Shown here one piece after another: positions 34,460-46,434 of a stretch of 64,000 nt of DNA. The stretch is from Phyllosticta citribraziliensis (lineage: Eukaryota), in the NCBI RefSeq assembly GCF_038025025.1, contig NW_027117342.1, positions 744,001 through 808,000 of the forward strand. The letters run 5' to 3'. The translations under genes were made by a program, and so were the position numbers. Each line of letters opens with the position of its first letter. Positions within the stretch are counted from its first letter, which is position 1. A model generated the notes under the pieces. It was not told where the DNA came from and did no database searches. It saw only the letters and a list, made by a program, of their open reading frames with translations.

Positions 34460-36094
34460 TCATTTCTTCGAGAAAAATGACATTATGCTCCCCTGGCCTT
34501 GTTTCGCGCCACCCTTTTTGCCTTTGGACGTTGCACTGGGCAACCTGGGCTTTTTGGGCGCCGGCTCGTCCTCCGAGAATGATTCCCAGACGGCTTCCTC
34601 TTTGGTGACTGGCAAGGGTCAGCTGACAGCTCATGCTCAAGACGAGCCACCTACCCAGGAATCCTTCTTCATCCTTGACAGTCTTCTTCTTCATCACGCG
34701 GCGCTTGCCTCTTCTTCTTCCTCCAGTGACGGTGACAGTGTCTTCTTGCTTCTCTTCCGGCTTGGGTTTGTCGATCGGGACGTCTTGTGGCTCTTCTTCA
34801 GCCGACGCAGGCGCATCCTCCATTACTTCGTCTGCGAATTGTCAGATACTGAAGACAGTCCAGTGGAAAAAATACCTTCGGGTTCATCCATCATGTCCCG
34901 CAGAGCCTTGTCGCGCTCTTCCTTTTCCTTCTCTGCCTCAGCCTTGGCCTTTTGAGCCTCCCCGTTATCCTTAGACTTGTTGGTTGACACAACATCCTCT
35001 GCTTCTTCGCCCTCGGATTCGCTGAGCATGGGTTCATCCACTGGGGGCGTGGGCGTAGCGTCGGCTGTAGGTGTCTTTTTGGGTTTCGCCTTGGAGAAGG
35101 AGGAAAAGAGGTTCGATGTCTCCCGCTTCATTGGCGGCTGCTTGGAGTCCTTTTTCTTGCCTGGTCCTCCGGACGCGTGCGCCTGCGAATTGCTTTCCTT
35201 CTGCTTCGGTTGTGTGGCTTTGGAGTCGGTCTCTGGCTCCGCTTTTGCCTTTGCTGGAATACTTGGACGAGGCGCACTCTTGTTGGCGGCGGCCGGTGTG
35301 GGACGGTTTGGCTTCGGTTGATTTCGACCAGTTCGTCTCTTGACGTGAGGGTTGTGAATGGCACCATACTGTCTCAAGGCCTCGACAGGATCCTCAACAG
35401 TAGCCAGCTTTTCACAGACCTCCCTGTTACAGTCCGAAAGCAGATTGAGTGTTTTCAGAGGACCAGCCTCGAGGCTGTAAACGTGCAAGGCGGTGATTTC
35501 CTCGTATCTTGATTTGGCATCTGCTCTTGTTAGCCGTGTCGAGCGCTGGCACCGTACAACAAGTCGAGGGAAATGAGAAGGAATCCTGCAATGTTCCTTC
35601 ACGTGCCATCGCTCGGAGGTTTCAGGGCGGGAGCAGACCTTCAAAATCCTCCTCCCTCGCAAGCATTATCAACGTCTCCTTCATTGTTGGTCGAGCCGGC
35701 TCGTCGTCTGCGTCGGGCAGAGAGCTTTGGTAAGGAGAGCTGCTTGGGATTTCGCCATCTTGATGTGCGCCGTTGGTGCCGTTTGTCTGTATTGCGGTGG
35801 GTCTTTTGCTGCCGGAGACGAGGTAGGTAGCGTGGACGGAGCCGGATTTCTTCGCGTTTTGGGTCTTGTGAAAGTGGTAAAGCATCCTAATGCTGATTAG
35901 CTTGAGACTTCCAATTGGCCAAAAGACTGACTGCTTGGCTAGGTTGACATGCACACCCAACGCTCTGCTGAGCAGGCGGTAGTTGACCTGCGATGCGACA
36001 GAGTCAGCTCAGTACGCCGCGCAGGTGGGGACCACAGTACAGGTCGACCTTCATTGAGGACATTGGTGGCCAGATATTCCCTATACTGGTCCAT
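34460..36094 (-). CDS. POL32: DNA polymerase delta subunit 3 (Pol32/Cdc27 family), multi-exon
   Basis: MDQYREYLATNVLNE, HVNLAKQ, VHATYLVSG, RRRGKRRVMKKKTVKDEEGFL, C-terminal PIP box QGSIMSFFSKK*. Confidence 0.9.
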
Positions 36095-36246
36095 GGCGAA
36101 TGTTGGACAACAAAGTAGAGAGTTGCGGAGAGAAAGAGGTGCGGAGCGCGTCGACCGTCTGTGCGCAGAATCGCGTAGCGCGTCACGTCACATGTCGCTC
36201 AGGGAAGACCACCCACTTCGCACTCGACCCCTGCATCACCAATGCA

Positions 36247-39200
36247 ATGGACCCCATCGACGACGAAGACGTCAAGCTGCAGCGAGCATCAGTCGGCTTG
36301 CTGTCCGACTTGCAGACGTCGCTAGAAACACTGCTTTGGAAAACAGACCGCTCCGGCAATCGACGTGTTCACCGCGCAGTCAGGCAGCTCGAGCTCCATC
36401 GCCTTACATCGTTGGTAAGTGCCCATCTTGAGTATCTTCATTAGCTGATTGGGTCAGATTGAGCCGTTTCAAGAAGATCCGCAGCTGTTGGATGCACATT
36501 TGAAGCATGTCGTCCCTCCCTTGGTATCTGCCTACTTGGAGCGTTTACGGCTGCCTTCGGCCGCCATCACAAAGCCAAAACTCGTCTCCATCTCTTTTGC
36601 CATTTCCCGAATCCTGTACACGCTATGCAAAGTCCGCGGAGAGAAGATCATTGTGGGATTTCTCAACAACGAACCTCGTTACTTGGAGCCAATGCTGGAC
36701 CACGTCGAGCAAGGCTTGAAGGACGATTCCTTTGCGTGGGAGGAAAAGTATGTGGGGTTGCTGTGGCTTTCTCATCTAATGTTGGCGCCCTTTGACCTCG
36801 CATCGATATCTTCGTTCCAGCCTCCCGAAACTGCCCAAGCCCGGACCGGCATCTCTTTGCCAGACGACTTGCCCGGTATCGTGAATCGAATGATTCCAAT
36901 CTGCATCAATCATCTGGAATGTGCTGCAAAGGAGAGGACTGCCGCCAGCGGGGCATTGGTTCGACTTTCCCTCAGGCCAGATATGCGCCGGCTCGGTGTT
37001 CTCCATTCTCTAGTTGACTGGGCCCTATCCTATTTCGAGAACACCTCGGAGGAGCTTGCTGGCATCCATCGTTGCATCGGAGTGCTGACGTTTCTCAACG
37101 GTCTTGTCGCCTCGGCTAATAAAGACGAGCTTGGAAGTCACATTCAAAAAATCTATCGCGCCTGTGACAGCATCATCAATCAAGGAAACCTTGCCTTTTT
37201 CAAGTCTTCAGCTGTGTCAAGAAAGCTGATCATCAAGACTTTTCGCAACATTGTTGTCCACTCTCTCCAATCAGATGGCTTGGAAGATACATCGGCCCTG
37301 CTGGAAGATGTAATTGATTTTCTTCTTCAATCGGTCGGGGACGGCGACAGCCCTGTTCGTTACGCCGCAAGCAAGGCACTCAGCATCATTGCCATGAAGT
37401 TACCAGACGAGATGGGTGCTGAGGTCATTGAAGCCCTTCTTGGCTGTCTTGACGAGGATGTGCTTTGGGAAGGACCCGTCCCCAATCTTACCGTGGTAAA
37501 TGCCCTTCGCTGGCATGGCCTTACCCTTACTCTGTCGCATCTCCTGTACCGAAGGGCTCCTGCCGTTGACCAGCTACCGGAAATCCTGAATGCCCTCGTG
37601 CTGGCTCTGAATTTTGAGCAACGCTCTGCGACAGGCGGATCGATTGGAACCAACGTGCGGGATGCTGCCTGCTTTGGTATATGGGCAATATCCCGACGCT
37701 ACTCCACGAAAGAGCTGGAGAACGTCCCTACCACCTCCATTCGGTCGGCTCAAGTCCACGATCAAAGCCTTTCTGTCATTCAAGTCTTAGGAATAGAGCT
37801 TCTCACCACAGCCTGCTTGGACCCGGCTGGCAACATTCGGCGCGGATCCTCAGCTGCACTTCAAGAGCTCGTTGGACGGCATCCCGATATGGTGAAAGAT
37901 GGCATCTCCCTCGTGCAGACGATCGACTTTCATGCCGTGGGTCTTCGTGATCGCGCGCTGGGACAAGTCAGCTTTGAAGCAGCAAAGTTCCAGCAAATCT
38001 ATTGGCAAGCCCTGTTCGATGGGCTGCTCGGGTGGCGAGGAGTGGGATCTTTGGATTCGGCATCAAGATTGGCAACAGCCAAAGCTGTTGGTCGGCTTGG
38101 TTCACTCCAGCTGCCTGGAATCCTCAGGAGTATGATTGAGCAGGTCAGGGCACAGTTGGTCCAGCGCCAGGTTCGAGAAGTGGAAGAAAGACATGGCCTG
38201 ATGCTCTGTCTGGCCTCTCTGCTCGACGAATCTTTGAGTCGACTGAAGGCATCTAGCTCCAACGAAGGCGTGGATGGATTGATGGACTGCTGGAATCTTC
38301 TTAATGGTCAGCTCGAGCTGCCCGAAAAAGCATTCACGTCACCAGCCCTCCGGCCAGAATTCACGGCTGGTGCTGTTTGTGCTCTGATTGCAGCTTTGGC
38401 CCGCATTGCCAATAGTCGCCCCGAACACTTCAAACACGACGTGGATACCGCTTTGACGCCACTCACCCATTGCCTTGGAAGGAGCGAAGACTCCGTCCTT
38501 CGAAACTTACCTCCGGCTGTCGCAGAAATCTCAATCCTCCTCACAGAAGATGGGCGAAAAGACCTACTTGACAGCTGGCTTTCACACCTTGGCCAAGCAA
38601 CGACTCGCATGAATGTCAGAGCGTGTGGCTACATGATGGCACTCGGTGCGGTATATCCCACAATCCCGGATCAAAATCGCACGCGGATCGTCGAAGCTCT
38701 TGCATCCCGATGTACAGCACCGTTTGAAATAGAGACGCGCGTGATTGCACTTCGCAGCCTTCAGCTGCTCTTTGGCAGTGTGGTCGTTGAAGACCTCAGA
38801 ATCAAGATCGCGGGAGCTCTCTTGACTGCGCTGAACGACTACACCATCAATGAGCGCGGGGATGTTGGCTCTCTCGTGCGGCTTGAAGCGCTCAATGCCA
38901 TGGAGAGCGCCTGGCAAATGGGATTGACGGCAGGCCTTGAGGTACAACTTCAACTGCACGCTGCGGTGCTGCGGCTGTCCCTTGAAAAACTCGACAAAGT
39001 TCGACTAAGAGCAGCCACCTGCTTGCATCGGAATGGTCATGGAGTCTTTGAAAGGTGAGTCAGAATTCATGTGCAAATGCGGTTACTAACTTTGCCAGTG
39101 AACCTGAGCTCGAAGCCTTTGGTGTGTCTTCCCTCGAGTACTTCCAAACGGCATTGAAGCAGCTCGATTCGGACTTGGAGGATCCGACGGAACTAGCCTT

Positions 39201-39847
39201 TGTTGAGGGCTACATTAGTTCCGCCGGCATGGGATCTGAATCGGTCGTCCAAGCCTCTCGACTTGCCCTTGTTGAAAAAATGGAATCGCTACCTGTGGAG
39301 GGCGCACAAACCTCCTTGTTCGACGTCGCAAACGCAATCCTTGGCGTTTTCAAAGCCAATCTATCCAACGACCGAATCATAATGCCACTGCTGGACGTAG
39401 TAGCATTTCTCTTCGACGTGCAGGTCCTGCAGCGGCTGAATGACAGCAATTTCAAGTAAGTCCCTATATAAATCTGATGATGCGTTCTGACAAGCCGTCC
39501 CAAAGATGGCGAAATCTTCTTTCCCTCGTGCAAAAGTCGCACTTCAAATCAAACAACATCGCCAAACTGCACCTGGCCTTGGATGCCTACCGAGGGCTTG
39601 CAACTGTGCCAGCTATTCGCCCGGATGTCATGACGAAACTGTCGAGCATGTTGCTACATGCCTTTCCCAAGGTATTCTCAACGAATCTGGTTTATTCTCC
39701 GCTAACATCAAGTAGATTCGAGTGAGCGCGGCGGAAACTCTCTTCATCATCACCACCAACGACGGTCTCAAACATTGCGACTGGTCCCAGTCCGCCAAGA
39801 CTCTGAAGCCAATGGCGGAGGAGTTTAAACGAGCAGCTCAAATTTGA
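36247..39847 (+). CDS. TBCD: Tubulin-folding cofactor D, multi-exon
   Basis: EPFQEDPQLLDAHL, LCKVRGEK, LLWLSHLMLAPFDL, GTNVRDAACFGIWA, NIRRGSSAALQELVGRH, DYTINERGDVGSLVR, EKLDKVR. Confidence 0.95.
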
Positions 39848-39927
39848 ATGGTTGAACAGTCAAAACGCCATTAGAATATATTCGTCTAAGCTCCAGTGGT
39901 ATCACGCATTACTCTAAAACAAACAAA

Positions 39928-41479
39928 TCAAGCACTCTTCGGCGCAACATCTTCCTTGTCACTCCGGTGGCTACTGGCACCAGACTGGCTGTTGTTCATG
40001 GCCGGGGACATTCCGGTCGTCACATGCGTCTGCTCGACGAGGGTCCAATCGCCAATTTGTTCGTCGAAAAATTGGTCAATGTCCAGACCAATCATCTCCG
40101 CCTCTTCGCTCACCCGCAGATGCATGCCCGGAATGTACTTGAGACCCAGGAGCAGAATGCAAGAGACGGCGAAAGAGTAGGCAGAAATGGCGGTGATTTC
40201 GGCAAGTTGCCTGCCAACTTGAATGCCTTCGCCGTCCAGAGCACCAGCACCCGAAGTTCCCAGGCCGTCGAGGGACGCCACCCAGGTCTGTCCGAAGATG
40301 CCGGTGAGGAAGGATCCAATCATGCCGCCAATTCCGTGAAGCTTGAAGACATCCATGCCCTCGTCGATGTGCATCCATTTTTCAACATCCTGCACGAGCG
40401 AGCAGGCCACACCCGTGAGGAAGCCAATGACGGCAGCGATCCAGAGAGAGACGAAACCGGCAGCGGGGGTGATTCCAACGAGACCGGCAATGGCACCTGA
40501 GCAGGCTCCGACGACGGAGAACTTGCCCTTGTGCTTGATGTAGTCGACAATGACCCAACCGAGGATACCGAAGCAAGCGGCGGTGTTGGTGTTGAAGCAG
40601 ACAAACATGGAGCGCACGGTACCGTTGAGGGCCGAGCCACCATTGAAGCCGAACCAACCAAACCAAATAAGGACAGTTCCTAACCAAGTCAGCTTTGTAG
40701 AATATAGTGAAAGTTGCAGCTTACCCAGAAAGACCAGGGTCGTGTTGTGCGGCTTTGCGTGGCTCTTTTCGCCATGATGCTTTCTCTTTCCAAGAACAAG
40801 CGCATAAGCCAGCGCCGACCATCCAGAGGCAATGTGCACAGGTCCACCACCGGCAAAGTCGAGCGAGGGCAAATTGTACAACCAGCCGTTGGGGTTCCAG
40901 GTCCAGCACGCAATGGGGCAGTAGACGATGGTCGCCCACAAAAAGGCAAACACCAGCGACGGCACAATCCGACCACGCTCAAAGGAGCCGCCAATGACGA
41001 TCTGGACGGTACAAGCGCAAAAGAGCAACTGGTACAAGCAAAACACAATCTCCGGAATGAGCGCGGAGCCTGGCGACGGGGCAACCTGAACATTGATGAG
41101 GCCAAAGTTGGAAAGGTCGCCAATGAAGGCGTTGGCGGTGCGACTGTAGGCCAACGAATAGCCCCAGAACATCCATTGAAAGGTGGTGACGGCCATGACC
41201 ATGAAAGATTGGAAAAGCAGCGCGAGTGACGACTTTCTGCGCGCAAGACCGCCATACAGCAGGCCGATACCGGGGATGATGAGGAAGACGAAGACGCTGC
41301 AACACATCAACCAGATGTAGTGGAACTCGATGCCCGTGTATTGGGAGTTGACGTTGACCATGGTCGGGTCGCCGCCTTTGGGCTCGGCGGAGTTGAACTC
41401 CGGCTGTCATCGTCAGTCTGGAATTAGTCGTGCGAGCAGCACAACTTACGGTAGGGAACATCGTGGTGGCGTCCGCCAT
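39928..41479 (-). CDS. Ammonium transporter (Amt/Mep family)
   Basis: Multiple hydrophobic helices, LDFAGGGPVHI, WFGWFGFNGGS, GLVGITPAAG, DVFKLHGIGG; short first exon MADATTMFPT and intron at about 40725-40678. Confidence 0.97.
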
Positions 41480-41659
41480 GGTTGGCAACCTCGAGCAGCA
41501 AGCAGGCTCACAATATCGCTGGTGCCAGGTACGAAGTCCAAACCAGGGGTGGGAGTGCAAACGCGGGAAAAAGCAAATCAACCGTTGTGAAGAAGAGCCC
41601 CCGCGTATATTATATCTTCGCCTGACACCGATGGCTCATACGCGTAGTGGGTCTTCCAT

Positions 41660-42985
41660 TACCTTTATCTCTGCCGCCGCGGTACGTCCGCCCAGAAAGA
41701 CGACACGCGCTCCGCCTGGGCCGGCCAGCCAAGCTTACAAAGGGAGAGTCAAGACGAGCCGAATCCTTCGGCACGGCAGTGTACCCTGGGTAGGCAAGTA
41801 GGCGCGCGGGGGTCACGACTACCGCCGCTCCAGCGCAGCGGAACGCCAGCTTGGCTCTGGTGGTTGCTGGTTGAGCTTGTCAGACGCCTCGCGCCCATCA
41901 CGACGGCGGCCGATAAGCAGCGCAAACGCGTTCATCGCCGTTTCGGCACTGCATGAGACGAGGTAGATTGGGGCCGGGAATCGGGGATGAGGGCCGAAAA
42001 GAGCGTGGGCATCGCGATGGGCGGCGGAGGCCAAGAACTGGGCGCGTGGGGAGGAGGGAGGGTCGAATGAATGGACGGGGAGGGAGGAACCGGGGGAACG
42101 TGCTTGGTGAAGGGCGCGTGGGATGGGCATGGTGGCTGCGTAAGTACAAAAGTATTTTTGGCAGAGACGAGCTTGTTCGCTTGCTTGCTTGCGGCCCCCG
42201 TTGATAAGTGGTAAAGGTTGTTTCTGGAAATGTGTTGTTTTGAGTTTCGTTGACAACAACGCAGATAAGCGGATGGCGGAATCTTCAGAACTGTCAGTTC
42301 TTGTCCATGTCGTCATGTCACCATTTCTTTTGTTTCTTCACAGGTCCACCTTCTGGGCTGCAGACAGGAGGCTCGTGGACGGACGGTTCCTCGCGTGGGC
42401 GCCCCGTTCGCCTACAGATTGTCTGGATTCTTCCGCAGCCGCTAGCCAGCTGGGACGGCGGCGTTCAATAACGGGAAAAACTTGCCCAATAAAGTTAGTC
42501 TCCGGAGACCAGACGCCGAAGGGTTGCCCTGTGTCGCTGTCGATTTACCCTCTGGCTTCAGAGATAAGCAATGATAGACGCATGTCTGTGTAGCTTCACA
42601 TCAAATGCGCGCGTTCCAAATCGTGAAATGCTGAAGAAGATGTCGCAATGCGCTTAACATCTATTTCTAAATGTCACAGCTACAGCGGCCGCCGGGGTCA
42701 ACTGGATGGCCCAAATGTTCCATCAACGTCGTCTTATCAAACGCAGAACTACGGCAATCCGCAGCCCCTGATTGGCCGGCCCCGTCAACCTCACATCGCT
42801 GGCGCAGCCTTAATTCAACTTCTTGCCTGAGGCAGACAGATAAGATAGGGCTCGTTGAGGTAATGGCATGTGACGGCCGATATTGGCAGCGGCTGTTCTA
42901 GTCAGGGCGAGCAAGATTGATCCCAGGAGTACGGAGCAGGTCCTGCAGCGATCGAGTGCATGGGGGAGATTGTTATCTTATCTCG
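41660..42985. promoter_or_regulatory. Cluster of GATA sites upstream of the ammonium transporter (AreA/Nit2-type)
   Basis: GATAAG/GATAG/TTATC at about 41665, 41912, 42202, 42263, 42562, 42572, 42693, 42838, 42843, 42973, 42977. Confidence 0.65.
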
Positions 42986-43264
42986 GGCTGTGATATCATT
43001 GCGCTGCTGGGACAGGCTGCCCTGGGCCGAGGCCGTGGCGCAAACTCCGGACCCTGCTGCTGATTGGACCGCATGCTTTCTGTTGGAGGATGCGGTTTGT
43101 GGTTTGGCATGGGAATGGTTTCTATGTGAGCCGCTTGTTGATTTCTTTTCAAACAAATATGGGAGCACTCGACAGCCAACCGACGTTCAGCAAAATCAAT
43201 ATGTAGTCGTGATTGAATCTCCATTAAACGCCGCAACCCCTTGCCAAACGAAGAATTCCATCTC

Positions 43265-46142
43265 TCACAATCTACTCTCAAGACCAACCCAACCCTTCTC
43301 GCCTGGCCATCTCGCATCCGGCCAGACGTGCCTCATGGCCTCCCAAATGTGACTGACGTGCTCAATCTTTAAGCCTTGCTTGACCTCCTCAGGCAAGTCC
43401 TTTGCGTCCTTCCTGTTGCCCTCAGGCAAGAGAACAACCTCGACGCCGGCTCTCAACGCTCCAATCAATTTCTCCTTGATGCCACCCACCGGCAGCACTC
43501 TTCCGCGCAGACTGACTTCTCCCGTCATGGCGAGGCGCGGCGGTACCGCTTTGGCGGCAAACAACGAGATGAGGGCAATGGTGTGAGCAAGTCCGGCAGA
43601 GGGGCCATCCTTGGGAATAGCACCAGCAGGGCAGTGGACGTGAATGCTGCGCGCCTTCATAATATCCTCCGTCGGATCGGCCGTGAGGCCAAGGTCATAT
43701 GCGTGTGCTTTGACCCACGTCAAGGCCACCTCGACAGATTCTTTGAGCACATCACCAAGCTTGCCCGTCAATTGTACGCGCCCAGTGCCCGGCATGTCTG
43801 CAACCTCGATGAAGAGGATACTACCTTGGCCGCCGGTGCTGTAGGCTACGAGTCCTGTGACGACGCCGGGACGCGAGGTTTGCTCTGCAAGCTCTTCGCT
43901 AAAGGTTTCAATGCCAAGGATGGCTTCAAGGTCCTCGAGACGAACCTCAGGGTGGTAGGCTTGCAGATTCTTGGTGTCGCTTGCTTCGGCGTACTCTACT
44001 GCCTTGTAGCGGCACACACTGCCAATTTCGCGCTCGAGGTTGCGTACGCCAGACTCGCGAGTGTAAGCCGTGATGATTTTGTCAATGACTTCCTCTGGGA
44101 GGAGCACTTGGTCGTGTTGGAGACCATTGGTCATGACTTGCTTGGGGAGTAGATGCTGAGTAGCAATGTGGCGCTTCTCCAGCGTCGTGTAGCCAGACAG
44201 CTGGATCGTCTCCATTCTGTCGAGCAGAGGTGGAGGGATTGTATCCAGAGAATTTGCGGTGGCGATGAAAAGAACTTTGCTCAAGTCGATGGGGATGTTG
44301 ATGTAGTGATCGGTGAAGGTGTGATTTTGCTCCGGGTCGAGGACCTCGAGCATCGCAGCAGATGGGTCGCCGCTGTGGTTTGCATGTCCAACCTTGTCGA
44401 TTTCGTCGAGAAGGAAGACGGGATTTGCAACGCCAACCTTTTTGAGTCCTTGGACAATGAGACCCGGCATCGCGGCGACGTAAGTTCTTCTGTGTCCGCG
44501 AATCTCGGCCTCATCACGAACACCACCAAGAGAGATGCGATGGAATTTGCGGCCCAGAGCAGTCGCCACAGATTTTGCCAAACTAGTCTTGCCAGTGCCC
44601 GGGGGGCCGATGAGGAGCAAAATGGGAGACTTGTCGACCATGCGCTTCTTTTCGAGGAGCCGCGTTTCTTGCTCTTGACGACGCTCTTTTTCTGCTGGGT
44701 CGGCTTCGACAGTCGGCTTTTCGGACTTTTCATCTTCGCTCGCTTCGACATCTGTTTCTTTTGGCTTTTCATCCTCATGCTCCTTGTCGGACAGTTGTTT
44801 GATTTGAGCCTCCAAGCCAGCATTCACAGACTGTTTGAGCTTCAGGACGGCCAAGTACTCCAGGAGCCTCTTTTTAATCTTCTCGAGCCCATGATGGTCA
44901 TCATCGAGCTGTTTTCTCGCTCTCGCCACAGTCTGAGCGTCAAGCTGATCCTGGGTAACCTTTGTCCACGGAATCTCGGCCAAATTTTCGAGATAATTCC
45001 TGCAGACCTGGTATTCTGTCTGCGCAGGATTCATCTTGTTGAGCCTGGCAAGCTCGCGCTTTGCAACCTTGTCTGCTTCGGGAGAAAGTTTGGCGTCCTC
45101 GAGCCGCTTCTTCAACTCGTCGAGCTCGCTAGCCTCCTCCTGATTTCCGTTGCCTCCACCTGGGAATCCCGGGAAGCCGGGGAAGCCGTTTGATCCATTC
45201 ATCGAGTTGGGCATGCGGATGCGTCCTCTGTTCAATATTCCCATCTTCTCCGGGTCGATGCCGTTTGACTTGTTTGTGGAGAGTGTAATCAAGCGGCTAT
45301 TTCCTTGAATGTTTTGAATCTCGCGCTGCACAATCTCAATCACTCGCTGAACCCTCGCCTTGACGGATAGAGTAGAAAGCACGAGGAGTCGGTCCTCGCG
45401 AGAACATTCCGAAGCGGTTGCGGCCATGGTATCGGCCAGGACTCCCGCCTCTTCGATTCCTTTTCGCGCAATGGAAAGTTCCAACCGTCGTGCCAGGATG
45501 GGCGTCATGTTCATATTCATGCCGGGGAGGATGGAGGAAAGTCGAACCAAGGCAAGATACTCGCGCGAGAGCTGCTTCAGCTCGGCAAAGAGCTTGATCA
45601 GGGCGGGATCCGCAGTATCAACTAGCAACAGTTAGGTCATGGCTCTGCGCAGGTAGTGGGAACGCACCATCATCTTCCGTGTACAACACCTCCGCCTCAA
45701 AGTATGGCCGTTCTTGAATGACTTCCTTGATTTTGAACCTGCTAATACCCTCCACCACCAGACTTAAATCGCCTTGTCCTCTTCCCTGCACGCCCGACAC
45801 TTTGGCCAGCACTCCGTACGCATACAAATCATCCTTGGTCGCATGGACGGGTTCCTTATGATCCCCTCTGGCCGACACGTCCTTGTTTCCCCGCTTCTTC
45901 GAGTCAATCAACCTCTTGCCATCGCGGCTCAGCAGCGGCGACGCCAGCGGGACGCAGCCGATGGTGACCGGAGTATCGGATTTGGTATTGGTCGCGCGAC
46001 TGTAAATGTGCGCAAGTAGAGAGGCGATGTCGGCGCGATTGACGATGGGCAGGGTGAGCGAGGTGCCGGGGAAGAGGACGGACGGCGCCGCAAGTGGGAT
46101 GACGGGGAGCACGCGCGACTTGGGAGCTGTTGCGCCGGCCAT
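43265..46142 (-). CDS. LONP2: Peroxisomal Lon protease
   Basis: Lon N-domain exon 46142..about 45666; [32 protein letters not shown]-terminal SRL (PTS1). Confidence 0.96.
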
Positions 46143-46434
46143 TTATCGCGACGATTCCAATAGGGCTGGATGGTGATGAAGTGCGACAGGCGGGCCTAAA
46201 GTAGGGCCGAGCACTGGATCTTTGTGGGGTGAAGATGATGGAGAAGTTGCTGGAAGGTCCAGTCGTGGTGACGCGGTTCAAGTACCCCGGACCTCGGCCT
46301 GGACTTATCGACCACAATCCCGAACGTCACCAGGCACGTGAGAATCTTATCTTATCTTGATCGCTATACAATGCTTTGTGGATGAATGCCCTAACTCCTA
46401 TTCGCTATGCAACAACAAAGGGTATCGTACTGAA

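Noticed and set aside
43376..45193. Long plus-strand ORFs (258 and 346 aa)
   Set aside because: Antisense shadows of the Lon gene; same for shadows over the transporter, NOP4 and H3
46292..46297. CCTCGG FarA/FarB-type site upstream of peroxisomal Lon
   Set aside because: Single 6-mer in GC-rich DNA; plausible but not supportable alone
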